NCBI GenBank assembly: GCA_013821985.1
Contig: PNJQ01000009.1
Span: 840-64,839, forward strand
Source: Opitutus sp.
Lineage (GTDB): Bacteria > Verrucomicrobiota > Verrucomicrobiia > Opitutales > Opitutaceae
Direction: 5' to 3'
DNA length: 64,000 nt
The stretch's first letter is position 1, and every line of letters begins with the position of its first letter. Positions 19,554 to 29,373 of the stretch are shown in pieces. The position numbers and the translations under genes are program-made. Under the pieces are notes generated by a model. It searched no databases. It was not told the origin of the DNA and saw nothing but the letters and a program-made list of their open reading frames with translations.

Positions 19554-20744
19554 TCAATTCTTCAATGCCGCGCAGAAGCGGGCGAGGCGCTCGAGCCCGC
19601 GCGCGATCGTGTCATCGGATGTCGCGTAGCTCAGGCGGAGGTAACCATCGACACCGAACGCGGAGCCCGGCACGGCCGCGACCTTTTCCTGTTCGAGCAG
19701 CTTGGCGCAAAATTCCTGCGAGCCGATCCGGAAGCTTGAGATGTTGGGGAACAGGTAGAATGCGCCTTCCGCGAGGAGACAGGTGATGCCAGGAATCCGG
19801 TTCAGGCCCGCGTGCATCGCTTTGCGGCGGCGGTCGAACGCGACCTTCATCGCACCGAGCGATTCGCGCGCCTTGTCCTTTTCCTTCAGCGCGGCGAGTG
19901 CGCCGTATTGCGCGAACGTCGTGCAGTTCGATGACATCTGGCTTTGCAGTTCCGCAGCGGCCTTCGCGATGTCCGGCCGCGCGACCAGCGTGCCCATCCG
20001 CCAGCCGGTCATCGAGTAACTCTTGGAAAATCCCGCCACGGTGATCGTGCGCGCGGCGAGCTCGGAGCTGAGCGTGGCGATGCAGGTCGGCTGTTTGCCG
20101 TCGTAGATCAGGTGCTCATACATCTCGTCGGAGAGAATGTAGAGATTGTGCTTCAGGCAGACCGCCATGAGCGCCTCGATCTCGGCGCGGTCATAGACGC
20201 CGCCGGTGGGATTCGAGGGCGTGTTGAAAATGAGGACTTTCGACTTCGGCGTGATGGCCGCCTCCAACTGCGCGGGCGAAATCTTAAATCCGGTGCGATC
20301 GCTCGTGTTGAGATAAACCGGTTTGCCGCCGCACAGCTTCACCATCTCCGGGTAGCTGACCCAATACGGCGCGGGGATAAGGACTTCGTCGCCGGGGTTG
20401 CAGACGGATTGGAGGCCGAGAAAACACGAAAATTTTCCGCCCGGGGAAACGACGACCTGCGCCGGCGTGATCTGATAACCGTATTCCGCGGCGTAACGTT
20501 CGGCGATGGCGGCGCGCAGCGGCTCGATGCCGGGCGTGGGCGCGTATTTGGTTTTGCCCGACTTGAGCGCAGCGATCGCGGCCTCCTTGATGAATTCCGG
20601 CGTGTCAAAGTCCGGCTCACCGGCGGCAAAACTGCACACGTCCTCGCCGGCGGCCATCATCGCCTTGGCTTTTGCATCGATGGCGAGCGTGGGTGACGGC
20701 GAGACATTCTGGGCCCAAACGGAGAGCGGATGCGGTTGGCTCAT
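19554..20744 (-). CDS. aspC: Aspartate aminotransferase (class I PLP)
   Basis: GEPDFDTP, PYWVSY, NTPSNPTG, SDEMY, SKSYSMTGWRMG, YLRLSYA. Confidence 0.92.
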   Translation of the reverse strand: MSQPHPLSVWAQNVSPSPTLAIDAKAKAMMAAGEDVCSFAAGEPDFDTPEFIKEAAIAALKSGKTKYAPTPGIEPLRAAIAERYAAEYGYQITPAQVVVSPGGKFSCFLGLQSVCNPGDEVLIPAPYWVSYPEMVKLCGGKPVYLNTSDRTGFKISPAQLEAAITPKSKVLIFNTPSNPTGGVYDRAEIEALMAVCLKHNLYILSDEMYEHLIYDGKQPTCIATLSSELAARTITVAGFSKSYSMTGWRMGTLVARPDIAKAAAELQSQMSSNCTTFAQYGALAALKEKDKARESLGAMKVAFDRRRKAMHAGLNRIPGITCLLAEGAFYLFPNISSFRIGSQEFCAKLLEQEKVAAVPGSAFGVDGYLRLSYATSDDTIARGLERLARFCAALKN

Positions 20745-20853
20745 GTGTGCGCCGACTTAAGGGTTCGCGTGCGGCGAAGGCAAGTCCGCGGAGCGGCGCC
20801 AACGGGCGCAACACCGCGGATGCGCGCACGAAATCTGTCATAGCTCGTCCGGC

Positions 20854-21381
20854 CTAACGCGTCACGCGCTTGGAGCGTCCGGATTTTTTCGGAGATGGGG
20901 ATTTCGCCGCGGGGGATCTTTTTCGCGCCGGCGCAGCGGAGCGTGTCTCCCGCCGGGTCGGCTTCTTTTTCGTGCTCCGCGGACGCGGCGGGCGAGCGCG
21001 CTTCGTCTCGAGTGCGGCGGCGGTTGCCACCTCTTCCGGCAGTTCGACGTGCGGGATCGGCATCTCGAGTTGACCGGCGGTGTCCGACTCGAGTTGGGGC
21101 AGATAGGCTTCGACGGCGGCGCGGACGAGCTGGCCGACGCTCGTGTGTTTGCTCCGCGCGGCTTTCTTCAGTTCGGCGCGGATCGCCGCGGGAAGACGCA
21201 CCGAGACGAGCAATTGCGAGGGCCGGACCACGACGACGCTGGACAGGTCAAACCGTTCGAGCGCGGCGCGAATGATGGCGCTGACGGACTTCGCTTTGCC
21301 TTCGCGGACCGGTTCGCTCAAGCGGTCGAGAAACTCGACCTCAAGCTGAATCGGGAACGGGCGATTGTCCTCCGGCGCCAT
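20854..21381 (-). CDS. Tandem ribbon-helix-helix (CopG-like) DNA-binding protein with basic tail
   Basis: Two RHH-like units (IQLEVEFLDRL...SVSAIIRAALE; VSVRLP...SVGQLVRAAVE) and a K/R/P/S-rich C-terminus. Confidence 0.7.
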   Translation of the reverse strand: MAPEDNRPFPIQLEVEFLDRLSEPVREGKAKSVSAIIRAALERFDLSSVVVVRPSQLLVSVRLPAAIRAELKKAARSKHTSVGQLVRAAVEAYLPQLESDTAGQLEMPIPHVELPEEVATAAALETKRARPPRPRSTKKKPTRRETRSAAPARKRSPAAKSPSPKKSGRSKRVTR

Positions 21382-21395
21382 CGCGGGATTGCCGC

Positions 21396-22310
21396 TCAAA
21401 ACCGTTCCACCTTGTCGGCCGGAACCGGTGGATTCGGGTGAGAGATGCGCTGGGGATCGAACGTCTCCGGGGGCAGCGAGAGGCCCAGCGCTGCAGCGGT
21501 GAGCGCGAAGCGCGTCTTTGCCCTCGTCCGATGATTGCGCAGGTCGATCGACTTCACGATCCATTGTTCGCCGGTCTTCTTCAGGTCGAGCACGGTGATG
21601 GTCTTGAGTGGCTTGCCCGCTGCGTCGAGCCACTCGGCTTGGGTCATCGCGCTAAACTGCGTATCGAGAAAAACGCGGACGGCCGCCGGGGGCGTGCCGT
21701 TTTCGTTGGCAGGAATCTCGAGCGGAGTTGGCGGATAGAGCAGGAACGCATGGGCCGGGCGCCCGCGCACATTGGCGACGCCTTCATAAATGAAGTCGGT
21801 CCAATGGAGGAACGGCATCTGCAGATCGAAGAGCGTCAGGTCGGTTCCTTGCACGGATGCGAGCAGGCCGTCGTCCTCCACGCGGCTCGGCGTGATGCCG
21901 CGCTGGCCATGGTTCCATTCCCACGCCTCCTGATTGCGGCCGCCCTTAAGCAGATAGAGTTGCAGGTGGCTGCCGCCCTTGTTGCCGAGATCGTCAACGA
22001 GCAGCTTGGTCAGAGGTCCGTCCGGGCCCTGCGCGCCGAACATCTCGCCCTCGAGTCGGCGCTCGTCGCCTTTGCGCGGCATGACGCGCAGATCAAATTT
22101 CAGCCAATAGTCGCCTTGGATGCCGACGTTGCGAAAACCCGCGAGAATCTTGGCACCCTCGGTTTGGTCGGGTTGGCTGCCGAGGAATTTCGGGGCCGGC
22201 CGCGCCGGAGCCGACTGGGCCGCAGCGAACGAGGCCGCACCGGCGGCGGCCGCAAAAAACAAAACCCGGCGGACCGGGTTGAGGAGAAAGTTAAGGCTTC
22301 TTGGGCTCAC
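21396..22310 (-). CDS. Outer-membrane lipoprotein-sorting (LolA-like) protein
   Basis: Signal peptide, GTDLT.FDL, VRGRPA, G..LKT....LKK...QWI. Start uncertain. Confidence 0.7.
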   Translation of the reverse strand: MSPRSLNFLLNPVRRVLFFAAAAGAASFAAAQSAPARPAPKFLGSQPDQTEGAKILAGFRNVGIQGDYWLKFDLRVMPRKGDERRLEGEMFGAQGPDGPLTKLLVDDLGNKGGSHLQLYLLKGGRNQEAWEWNHGQRGITPSRVEDDGLLASVQGTDLTLFDLQMPFLHWTDFIYEGVANVRGRPAHAFLLYPPTPLEIPANENGTPPAAVRVFLDTQFSAMTQAEWLDAAGKPLKTITVLDLKKTGEQWIVKSIDLRNHRTRAKTRFALTAAALGLSLPPETFDPQRISHPNPPVPADKVERF

Positions 22311-22644
22311 TATTGGTGGTGGGCGGCGGCGTGACCGGCGCGGGTGTCGTGGTGGTCGGAGCCGTGACCGTCGGCAATTTATTATCGGCGGCATCGCGGT
22401 GCTTGGACTGATAGATTTGCGCGAGGTAGAGGCCGAAGCTGAGGACGAAAAACAGGATGGCGGCGTTGATCGTCGCCTTGCTCAACACGTTGCCCGTCTC
22501 GGCGCCGAACGTGGATTCCATGCCGCTGCTGCCGAGCGCGGCGACGGCGCCGTCGGACTTGGCCTTCTGCATGAGAACGACCAGCACGAGGAAGAGGGAC
22601 ACGAGGATCAGAACGAAAGTGAAAATCCCGATGAGCAGATTCAT
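22291..22644 (-). CDS. secG: Preprotein translocase subunit SecG
   Basis: Two TM helices, VLMQ.....G, FG....NVL.K.T. Confidence 0.92.
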   Translation of the reverse strand: MNLLIGIFTFVLILVSLFLVLVVLMQKAKSDGAVAALGSSGMESTFGAETGNVLSKATINAAILFFVLSFGLYLAQIYQSKHRDAADNKLPTVTAPTTTTPAPVTPPPTTNSEPKKP

Positions 22645-22654
22645 AAAGGGTTGA

Positions 22655-22683
22655 AAGCAACGGACGCCTGCCGCCTTTGTCAA
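22655..22683 (-). promoter_or_regulatory. Putative sigma70 promoter of secG
   Basis: Minus strand TTGACA-17 nt-TTGCTT, then 10 nt to the ATG. The -10 is weak. Confidence 0.4.
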
Positions 22684-22713
22684 CCAAAGTTCTGTGCGGC
22701 GTCACCGGCACTT

Positions 22714-22742
22714 TTGCACGACCCACCGGTCTGTGCTACGGT
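22714..22742 (+). promoter_or_regulatory. Putative sigma70 promoter of the 22765 gene
   Basis: TTGCAC-17 nt-TACGGT with an extended -10 TG. A similar TTGCCG-16 nt-TACGGT precedes ffh. Confidence 0.4.
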
Positions 22743-22764
22743 CCCTCCGCCTCCCCTTTTCCCC

Positions 22765-23325
22765 ATGAAAGCCCTCCTGATTGCCCTCATCCGCCCGGCG
22801 CTGGCCGTGGCGTTGGTTTTTGGATTGGTCATTCCCTCGTTTGCCGCCGATCGGGCCGAGGCGTCCAAGCGGGCCGACTTGCAGTTGCGGGTGGACGTCC
22901 CGCCGTCGTGGCGCCCGTTTCTGGACGATGATATCGCCGACGCGCTCGCCCGGGTGGTGCAAGAGAGATTTCGCCGCCAAGGTTATCAAGGTGTGATCGC
23001 CTACATCGAGGAAGGACGTGGCGCGCCGAATCCCGACCTGCCACTGCTCACGATTCGTTTGCACGAGTGGCGGATCACGCGCTCCAGTTTTGCCGAATGC
23101 ACCTTGTCGTCCCTGTTGCGCACGGGTGGCCAAGACATCGACCTCGGGCTCGTCACCAATACGGAGATGACCTGGATTCGTGATCGCGGTCGCTTCGGAC
23201 TCGCTCATGCGCACGAAACGGCGGACGCGTTCGAGGACGCCGCGAGCGGCGCGATGCGCGACCTCTATCGACGCATCGCGGAGACGGGCAAGGTGCCCGG
23301 GCTCGAATTGCGGCGGAAGAAATAG
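22765..23325 (+). CDS. Hypothetical secreted protein
   Basis: Signal peptide MKALLIALIR...SFA; divergent from secG. Confidence 0.7.
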   Translation: MKALLIALIRPALAVALVFGLVIPSFAADRAEASKRADLQLRVDVPPSWRPFLDDDIADALARVVQERFRRQGYQGVIAYIEEGRGAPNPDLPLLTIRLHEWRITRSSFAECTLSSLLRTGGQDIDLGLVTNTEMTWIRDRGRFGLAHAHETADAFEDAASGAMRDLYRRIAETGKVPGLELRRKK

Positions 23326-23343
23326 CCGCCCTTCGGCGCCCCG

Positions 23344-25170
23344 CTACTGCTGCGGGCGATCGTAGAAGATTCGCACCTCCGCGTCCTTCGCGGGCAGTTG
23401 CAGCAGCTGCGTGGCGCGCTCGAGGGCGCGCTTCGTGCTGATCGTCGGATTCACTTCCGCCGGGAAGACGTTTTCGGGTCCGATGCGTTCAAGCGCTCCG
23501 CTGTTCGTCAGCACGCGTTCGACGTCGGCGCTGATCCCACTGATCAGCAGCTTGCGTCCCGTGCGTTGCAGGTAATCATTCAACTCGAGCAAGGCCATGA
23601 CGGTGGTGGCGTCGAGGTGACGGGCATTCTTCAGGCGCAGGATGAAAATCTTGATATCGTCGTCGTCCGCCAGCGCCCGGACCTGCGAGTGGAACAGTTC
23701 CGCCGCGCCGAAAAACAGCTCGCCCTCGACGTGAATGATCGAGATCTGCGCGTGGCGGCGCTTCTCCTTCTCCTCAAGCTGGGCCAGATTGCCGGTGTCG
23801 TTGAAGGTGTATTCGACCAGTGAGGGCCGCGCGGCCTTCCGCAGAAACAGCGCGAGCGAGGTGCCCACGCCGACGTAGATCGCCGCGTCGAGCTTCAGGA
23901 AGAGTGCGGAGACGAGCGTCACCCAGAACACCACGGCATCGGCCCGGGTGGCGCGGCGGGCGATGAAAATCTGCTCGCGTGGCAGCATCCGCAGGCCAAC
24001 CCGGAAGAGCACGGCGGCGATGCTCGGCACCGGGATGTAGTTGATCAGCGAGGAAAAAAACAGAAGCGCCACGAGCACGATGCCACTGCTCAACATGGCG
24101 GAGGCCTGCGTCTTCGCGCCGTTGGCAAAATTGGTGGCGCTGCGCGCGAACGAGGCGGACCCGGGCATCGCGCCGAAGAGGCTGTTCGCGACGTTTGCCG
24201 CGCCCATGGAAATCAGCTCCTGGTTGGCGTCCACGCGCTGACCCGCGCGGGTCGCCAGCGTCTTGGAAATCGAAATCGCCTCGAGCATGCCGAGGATGGC
24301 GAGCGCGAAAGCGGCGCTAAGAATTGCCGGCACCACCGTGAGATCCGTGGCGCCGAGCGGCATGCCGACGAAGGACGGCAGCGCCGCCGTCAGCGCGCCT
24401 TCGTCTGTGATCGTGCGGATGCCGAGCGAGTCGAGGCGGAGGAATTGAGTCAGCAGCGCGATGAACACCAAGCCGATGAATTCCGCGGGCGCGCGCGGGA
24501 AGAAGCGCTCGATCGCTTCGAAGAGCAGGAAGGTCAGCGCCCCCATGCCGGCGCTGTAGGGCAGAAAGTCGCCGTGGAAAAGCTGCACGAACGTATCGAT
24601 CAGCACGCCGAACAATCCCGCGCCACGATTCACCTCAACCACGCCCGCGAGATACGGCAACTGGGCCGAGATCAACAGCACCGCGATCGCCGTGCTGTAG
24701 CCGATGACCACCGCGCGGGAGATGAACTGCGTGAGGTCGCCCATTTTTGCCAGACCCGCGCCGAGCTGGATGGCGCCGATCAGGAAGGCAAGCAGCAGTG
24801 CAATCTGCGTCGGTTCGAGCGCCAGTCCCGCAAAGCTATAAATGGTCGCGGCGAGAATGATGCTGATCGAATTCGTCGGACCGAACACGAGATGCCGTGA
24901 CGAGGTGAATAGGGCCGCGACGAACCCGCCGACCACCACCGACATCACCACCATCAGCGGCGGCAGACCCGCAATCAGCGCGAAGCCGATCGCCTGCGGA
25001 ATCGAAACGAGCGCGACCGTGGCGGCGGCGGTCAGATCGGTGGAAAAATACTCCCGCCGGTAATTCTTGAACTCCTGCCACACCGGCAACCGTTCGAGCA
25101 GCCAGCGGCGCGCGGAGGCACTGCCTTGCTGCAGGAATTGAGCGGTCGGGTTGGGTGAGTCGTCTGCCAC
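23344..25170 (-). CDS. SulP family anion transporter with STAS domain
   Basis: IPQAIGFA, FGPTN, DANQEL, SFARSA, GELFFGAA, LDAT. Confidence 0.92.
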   Translation of the reverse strand: MADDSPNPTAQFLQQGSASARRWLLERLPVWQEFKNYRREYFSTDLTAAATVALVSIPQAIGFALIAGLPPLMVVMSVVVGGFVAALFTSSRHLVFGPTNSISIILAATIYSFAGLALEPTQIALLLAFLIGAIQLGAGLAKMGDLTQFISRAVVIGYSTAIAVLLISAQLPYLAGVVEVNRGAGLFGVLIDTFVQLFHGDFLPYSAGMGALTFLLFEAIERFFPRAPAEFIGLVFIALLTQFLRLDSLGIRTITDEGALTAALPSFVGMPLGATDLTVVPAILSAAFALAILGMLEAISISKTLATRAGQRVDANQELISMGAANVANSLFGAMPGSASFARSATNFANGAKTQASAMLSSGIVLVALLFFSSLINYIPVPSIAAVLFRVGLRMLPREQIFIARRATRADAVVFWVTLVSALFLKLDAAIYVGVGTSLALFLRKAARPSLVEYTFNDTGNLAQLEEKEKRRHAQISIIHVEGELFFGAAELFHSQVRALADDDDIKIFILRLKNARHLDATTVMALLELNDYLQRTGRKLLISGISADVERVLTNSGALERIGPENVFPAEVNPTISTKRALERATQLLQLPAKDAEVRIFYDRPQQ

Positions 25171-25183
25171 TACATTCGTTGAG

Positions 25184-26110
25184 TCACAAAGTGAGGCCCA
25201 TGCGTTCCAACACGCGGGCGAGATCGTCGTTCCCGTGATATTCCACGACGATGCGGCCGTGCTTCGGCGAATGACGCAGCGCCACGCGCGCGCCGAGGTG
25301 CGACGTCAGGCGCTTCTCGATGTCGGCCAGCGCGGTCGTCTCGCTGGTCGGCGCCTTTCGCTTCTTGCCCGCGCCGCCTCCACGCTTGTGCTGCACCACA
25401 TCTTCGAGGGCGCGGACGCTCAGCCCGTCCTCGATCGCGCGACGCGCGAGCACCATGCGTTCCGCTCCGCTCTCGACGCCGAGCAACACTTTCGCATGCC
25501 CCGTGCTGAGCATGTTCTTGCCGACGTAACCCTGGATTTCGGTTTCGAGCGAAAGGAGGCGCAGCGAATTCGCGACGGTCGCGCGTCCTTTGCCGACGCG
25601 TTGTGCCGCCGCGTCCTGAGTCAGGTCAAAGTCCCGGATCAAGCTCGCGTAACCATGCGCCTCCTCGATCGGGTTGAGGTCGGCCCGCTGCAAATTTTCA
25701 ATCATCGCCAGCGACGCGGAAGATGCGTCGCTCGACGTCATGATGCGCGCGGGAATCGTCTTCAGCTTCAACTGCTGAAAGGCGCGCCAGCGCCGCTCGC
25801 CTGCGATGAGCTGGAACTTGTCGCCTACCGCGCGCACGACGATCGGCTGCAGAAGGCCCTCCGCGCGGATGCTGTCGATCAGATCGGCGAGCTGCTGCGG
25901 ATCGATTTCCTTGCGCGGCTGATACGGGTTCGGCTCGATCGCGGTGACCGCGATCTCCCGGTAGCCGGGCAATCCTTCGGGCATGGCGGCGGTGCCGGAC
26001 GGTGCGGCCGCGGGAGCCGAAACCACCGCCGCGACGGGCTTGGCGGGCGCGCCGCTCGCGATGAGGGCGCCGAGACCGCGCCCGAGACGGGAAGGAGGAG
26101 GTTTGGCCAT
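25184..26110 (-). CDS. parB: ParB/Spo0J chromosome partitioning protein
   Basis: LGRGLGAL, NPYQPRK, GLLQPI, IAGERRWRA, ENLQR.DLNPIEEA, HTH. Confidence 0.95.
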   Translation of the reverse strand: MAKPPPSRLGRGLGALIASGAPAKPVAAVVSAPAAAPSGTAAMPEGLPGYREIAVTAIEPNPYQPRKEIDPQQLADLIDSIRAEGLLQPIVVRAVGDKFQLIAGERRWRAFQQLKLKTIPARIMTSSDASSASLAMIENLQRADLNPIEEAHGYASLIRDFDLTQDAAAQRVGKGRATVANSLRLLSLETEIQGYVGKNMLSTGHAKVLLGVESGAERMVLARRAIEDGLSVRALEDVVQHKRGGGAGKKRKAPTSETTALADIEKRLTSHLGARVALRHSPKHGRIVVEYHGNDDLARVLERMGLTL

Positions 26111-26111
26111 G

Positions 26112-26678
26112 TTAGCGCTGGGGAATGAAAAGCGTCTGGCCGACGCGGATGCGCGTCGGGTCGGAAATTTTGTTGGCGTTCGTGATGTCCGCCAGCCGCG
26201 CGTTATGCTTTTGCGCGATGCCGGACAGGGTGTCGCCGGCCTGCACCGTGTAGTTCACTCCTTGCTTCGGAAAGTCCTCCTTGAACTCGGTCTGCACCGC
26301 AGGACGGGTCGCCTGACCTTTCGCCAGCGCATCAAGCGCGGCATTGGTTTGCTTGCCGAGACGCTCGATCTGACCGGCGACCTGTTGGAGCGTGTCGCGC
26401 TTCTGGTCCGCGAGCGAATTTTGCACCGAGCGGTTCAGGTCGGAAACCGCCTTGTTGAGCTGATCGACGGTCACGTAATTCTGACTCGCCTTCGCCTGCA
26501 GCGACGAATTTTCGCGATTCAGCTGCTCGACCGTCATCGCCAGTTCGCCGACGCGCTGCGTGAGCAGGCGCACGTCTTCGCGCAAGCTCGCCAATTCAAA
26601 GGCCGTGTTGTTCGCAGGCTGCCCGAGCGCCGTGGCCGCCATTCCCGCGAGACTCCCGAGGAAAATCCAGTGTCGCAT
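26112..26678 (-). CDS. Secreted coiled-coil LysM protein
   Basis: Signal peptide, coiled coil, C-terminal YTVQAGDTLSGIA...IRVGQTLFIP. Confidence 0.9.
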   Translation of the reverse strand: MRHWIFLGSLAGMAATALGQPANNTAFELASLREDVRLLTQRVGELAMTVEQLNRENSSLQAKASQNYVTVDQLNKAVSDLNRSVQNSLADQKRDTLQQVAGQIERLGKQTNAALDALAKGQATRPAVQTEFKEDFPKQGVNYTVQAGDTLSGIAQKHNARLADITNANKISDPTRIRVGQTLFIPQR

Positions 26679-26723
26679 GCGGCGAGCTTGGAAATTCCCC
26701 GCTCAAAAACAAGCGAAGACCCG

Positions 26724-27722
26724 TCAGTTCTTCGCGCGCGCGAACGGTTTATCGGAGATTAACGGCGCCATCGCTCGCGAAGGCAGCACCATGCCGGCAG
26801 GAATTGGGCAGCCACGCAGGAATTCGCCCGCCGCCAGCATCTTTCCGCCCGGCCGCTGCAGCTTTCTCAGCCGCACCGCGCCGTCACCACACGCGACCAA
26901 CAGCCCCACCTCGTCCGCGCCAAGCACCTGCCCGGCCTCTGTCGAATTGTAAGGTATTACGTTACAAGTTTCCGCGAGGCCGATTTTCAAAGGCTGGCCG
27001 CCGAACTCGGTCGCGCAACCCGGCCACGGCATCAGACCGTTAATGCGCGCCGCGACCTCGGCAGCGGGACGATGGAAGTCGATCGCGCCGTCGCTCTTTT
27101 CGAGCCGGCGGCAAAACGTCGCGCGGGCGTGATCCTGCTCCCGAAACTCCAGCGTGCCCGCGGCGAGGCGCGGCAGCGCACGGGCGAGCAACGGCACGCC
27201 GGCGGCCGCCATTTTCGCTTCCACCTCGAGCGCGGTGTCGAGTGGGGCAATCGGCACACGTTCCAGGTCCGCCACCGGTCCGGCATCGAGCGCGGCGACG
27301 ATGCGCATGAAGGCAACTCCGGTTTCAGTTTCGCCCGATGCGACCGCCGTTTGCATCGGCGAAGCGCCGCGCAGCTTGGGCAAAAGCGATGCGTGCAAGT
27401 TGACGGTGCCGTGGCGCGGCGTGTCGATCACGTCCTGTTTGAGGATGTGCCCATAAGCCATCACGAGCGCGAGGTCGGGCGCGTAACTCGCGAGCGTCTC
27501 CCGGTCCGTGGCGGAAAATTTCTCCGGCTGGTGGACGGGCAGGCCGCGCGCGAGCGCCCACTGCTTGATCGCGTTGGGCTGGATTTTTTGCCCGCGACCG
27601 ACGGCGCGGTCGGGCTGCGTGAAGACGGCCACGACTTTCCCGATCGAACTCCCCTCGCCTGCCAGCCAGTTCAAGGCCGGCAGCGCGATGGCGTCGGAGC
27701 CCATGAAGACGAGACGCATCAT
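26724..27722 (-). CDS. fmt: Methionyl-tRNA formyltransferase
   Basis: VFMGS, TQPDR..GRG, NLHASLLP..RG.SP, LDAGP, PWPG. Confidence 0.95.
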   Translation of the reverse strand: MMRLVFMGSDAIALPALNWLAGEGSSIGKVVAVFTQPDRAVGRGQKIQPNAIKQWALARGLPVHQPEKFSATDRETLASYAPDLALVMAYGHILKQDVIDTPRHGTVNLHASLLPKLRGASPMQTAVASGETETGVAFMRIVAALDAGPVADLERVPIAPLDTALEVEAKMAAAGVPLLARALPRLAAGTLEFREQDHARATFCRRLEKSDGAIDFHRPAAEVAARINGLMPWPGCATEFGGQPLKIGLAETCNVIPYNSTEAGQVLGADEVGLLVACGDGAVRLRKLQRPGGKMLAAGEFLRGCPIPAGMVLPSRAMAPLISDKPFARAKN

Positions 27723-27790
27723 CGGACTGCCTCCGCCCCAACACTAGCTTGCGGAACCGAAGTCATGAAGATCATCCGGGCGCGGGTCGC

Positions 27791-29284
27791 TCAATCGTCG
27801 AGGACGACTGGTTCGCCGGCGAAATCAGTGTCACCATCCTCGCCTTCCGCGGCCTCGTTGCGCTTTTGTCCGCGCTTCGAAAGGCGCTCGTCGATGGTCT
27901 GCCGCTTTTTTCCCACGAGATCGAAGTGCATCGGGCAGCCGTCGAGATCGAATTCCTCCACGAGGCCGTTCTCAAGGTAGCGACGGTATTGCTCGGTGAG
28001 ATTGCCTTCGCGGTTGCAGAAAATCTTGATGCGAAACGGTCGGTTGCCCGTCTGCGTGGCGTAGTAGGCGCGGAAGCGCTGGCCGCCCACCGCCGGCGGC
28101 GGCATGCGGTCCGTAAGCGCGACGATCGCGGCGTTGAGTTTTGCGGTGGGAATCTTGCGGCCGAGTCGTTCGTCGAGGGCGCGTGCGGCTTTGAGCATGC
28201 GCTCGATGTCGTTGCCGGTGAGCGCGGAGACGAACATCACCGGCGCGCCAGGCGTGAAGAAGAGCCGTTCGTGCAGCGCCTTCTCGAACTTCTCGCGAAA
28301 ATCGCGCTCGTTCTTGTATTTCGTCAGATCGCCGCGGCGGAAGGCCGCAAACACGAGATCCCACTTGTTGACGATGACGACGATCGGGCGGCCGGCGGAG
28401 ACGATTTCACCGGCGATCGCCTTGTCTTGCTGCGTGACGCCATCCATCGCGTCGAGGACCATGAAGACAACATCGGCTTGGTGGATCGCGTCGATCGAAC
28501 GGACGCGGGAGAAATATTCGACGGACGATGACAACTTCGTCGCGGGCCGGATGCCGGCGGTGTCGATGAGGTTGAACGGCCAGACCTTCCCTTCGCGCGA
28601 CTTATAGTCGAAGCTCAATTCAATCGAATCGCGCGTCGTGCCAGGAACCTCGGAGACGATGAGGCGTTCGCTTTTGAGCAGGCGGTTTGACAGCGAGGAC
28701 TTGCCAACGTTGGGGCGGCCGACGAAGCAAATCGTGAGACGCTTGTTCTCGCCTTCCTCTGCGCGGCCTTCGTCCTCCGGCAGTTTCGCAAGGATGGCGT
28801 TGCGCAGGTCGGCCTCGCCGTTGCCGTGCTCGGAGGAGATGAACACGGGTTCGCCAAAACCGAGGCGGTAGAAATCGCCGAGACTGCTCACCTTTTCCAT
28901 GCCGTGATCGGCTTTGTTGCCGACGAGAATGACGGACTTCTTCGCTTTGCGGAGCTGTTGTGCGACGCGTTCGTCCAAGGCGGTGACGCCTTCGCGGGCG
29001 TCGATGACGAAAAGGATGACGGACGCCGCCCCGATCGCGAACGCGGCCTGCGCTTCCGAAGCCTTGATGATCTTTGACGGTGTCGTCGCGTCCTGCAGGC
29101 CGAGACCGCCGGTGTCGAGGAGCGTGTAGTCGCCGTCCTTCACTTCGGCGGCGATGATGTCGCGCGTGACGCCCGGTTGGTCGTGCACGATGGAAATGCG
29201 GCGCTTCGCCAGCCGGTTGAACAGGCGGCTCTTGCCGACATTGGGTCGGCCAACGATGGCGACGGTGCGCGAGGCGGTTGACAT
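27791..29284 (-). CDS. der: Ribosome biogenesis GTPase Der/EngA
   Basis: Two GRPNVGKS P-loops, DTGG/DTAG, NKAD/NKWD, KH-like C-terminus. Confidence 0.97.
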   Translation of the reverse strand: MSTASRTVAIVGRPNVGKSRLFNRLAKRRISIVHDQPGVTRDIIAAEVKDGDYTLLDTGGLGLQDATTPSKIIKASEAQAAFAIGAASVILFVIDAREGVTALDERVAQQLRKAKKSVILVGNKADHGMEKVSSLGDFYRLGFGEPVFISSEHGNGEADLRNAILAKLPEDEGRAEEGENKRLTICFVGRPNVGKSSLSNRLLKSERLIVSEVPGTTRDSIELSFDYKSREGKVWPFNLIDTAGIRPATKLSSSVEYFSRVRSIDAIHQADVVFMVLDAMDGVTQQDKAIAGEIVSAGRPIVVIVNKWDLVFAAFRRGDLTKYKNERDFREKFEKALHERLFFTPGAPVMFVSALTGNDIERMLKAARALDERLGRKIPTAKLNAAIVALTDRMPPPAVGGQRFRAYYATQTGNRPFRIKIFCNREGNLTEQYRRYLENGLVEEFDLDGCPMHFDLVGKKRQTIDERLSKRGQKRNEAAEGEDGDTDFAGEPVVLDD

Positions 29285-29373
29285 GGCCCCCTACCTTCCC
29301 GACGGCGCGCACCGCTGGCAAGCGATAGTTGTCCTTGCCGCCGGACGGAGCGCGCCTACGGTCCGGATTTCCC

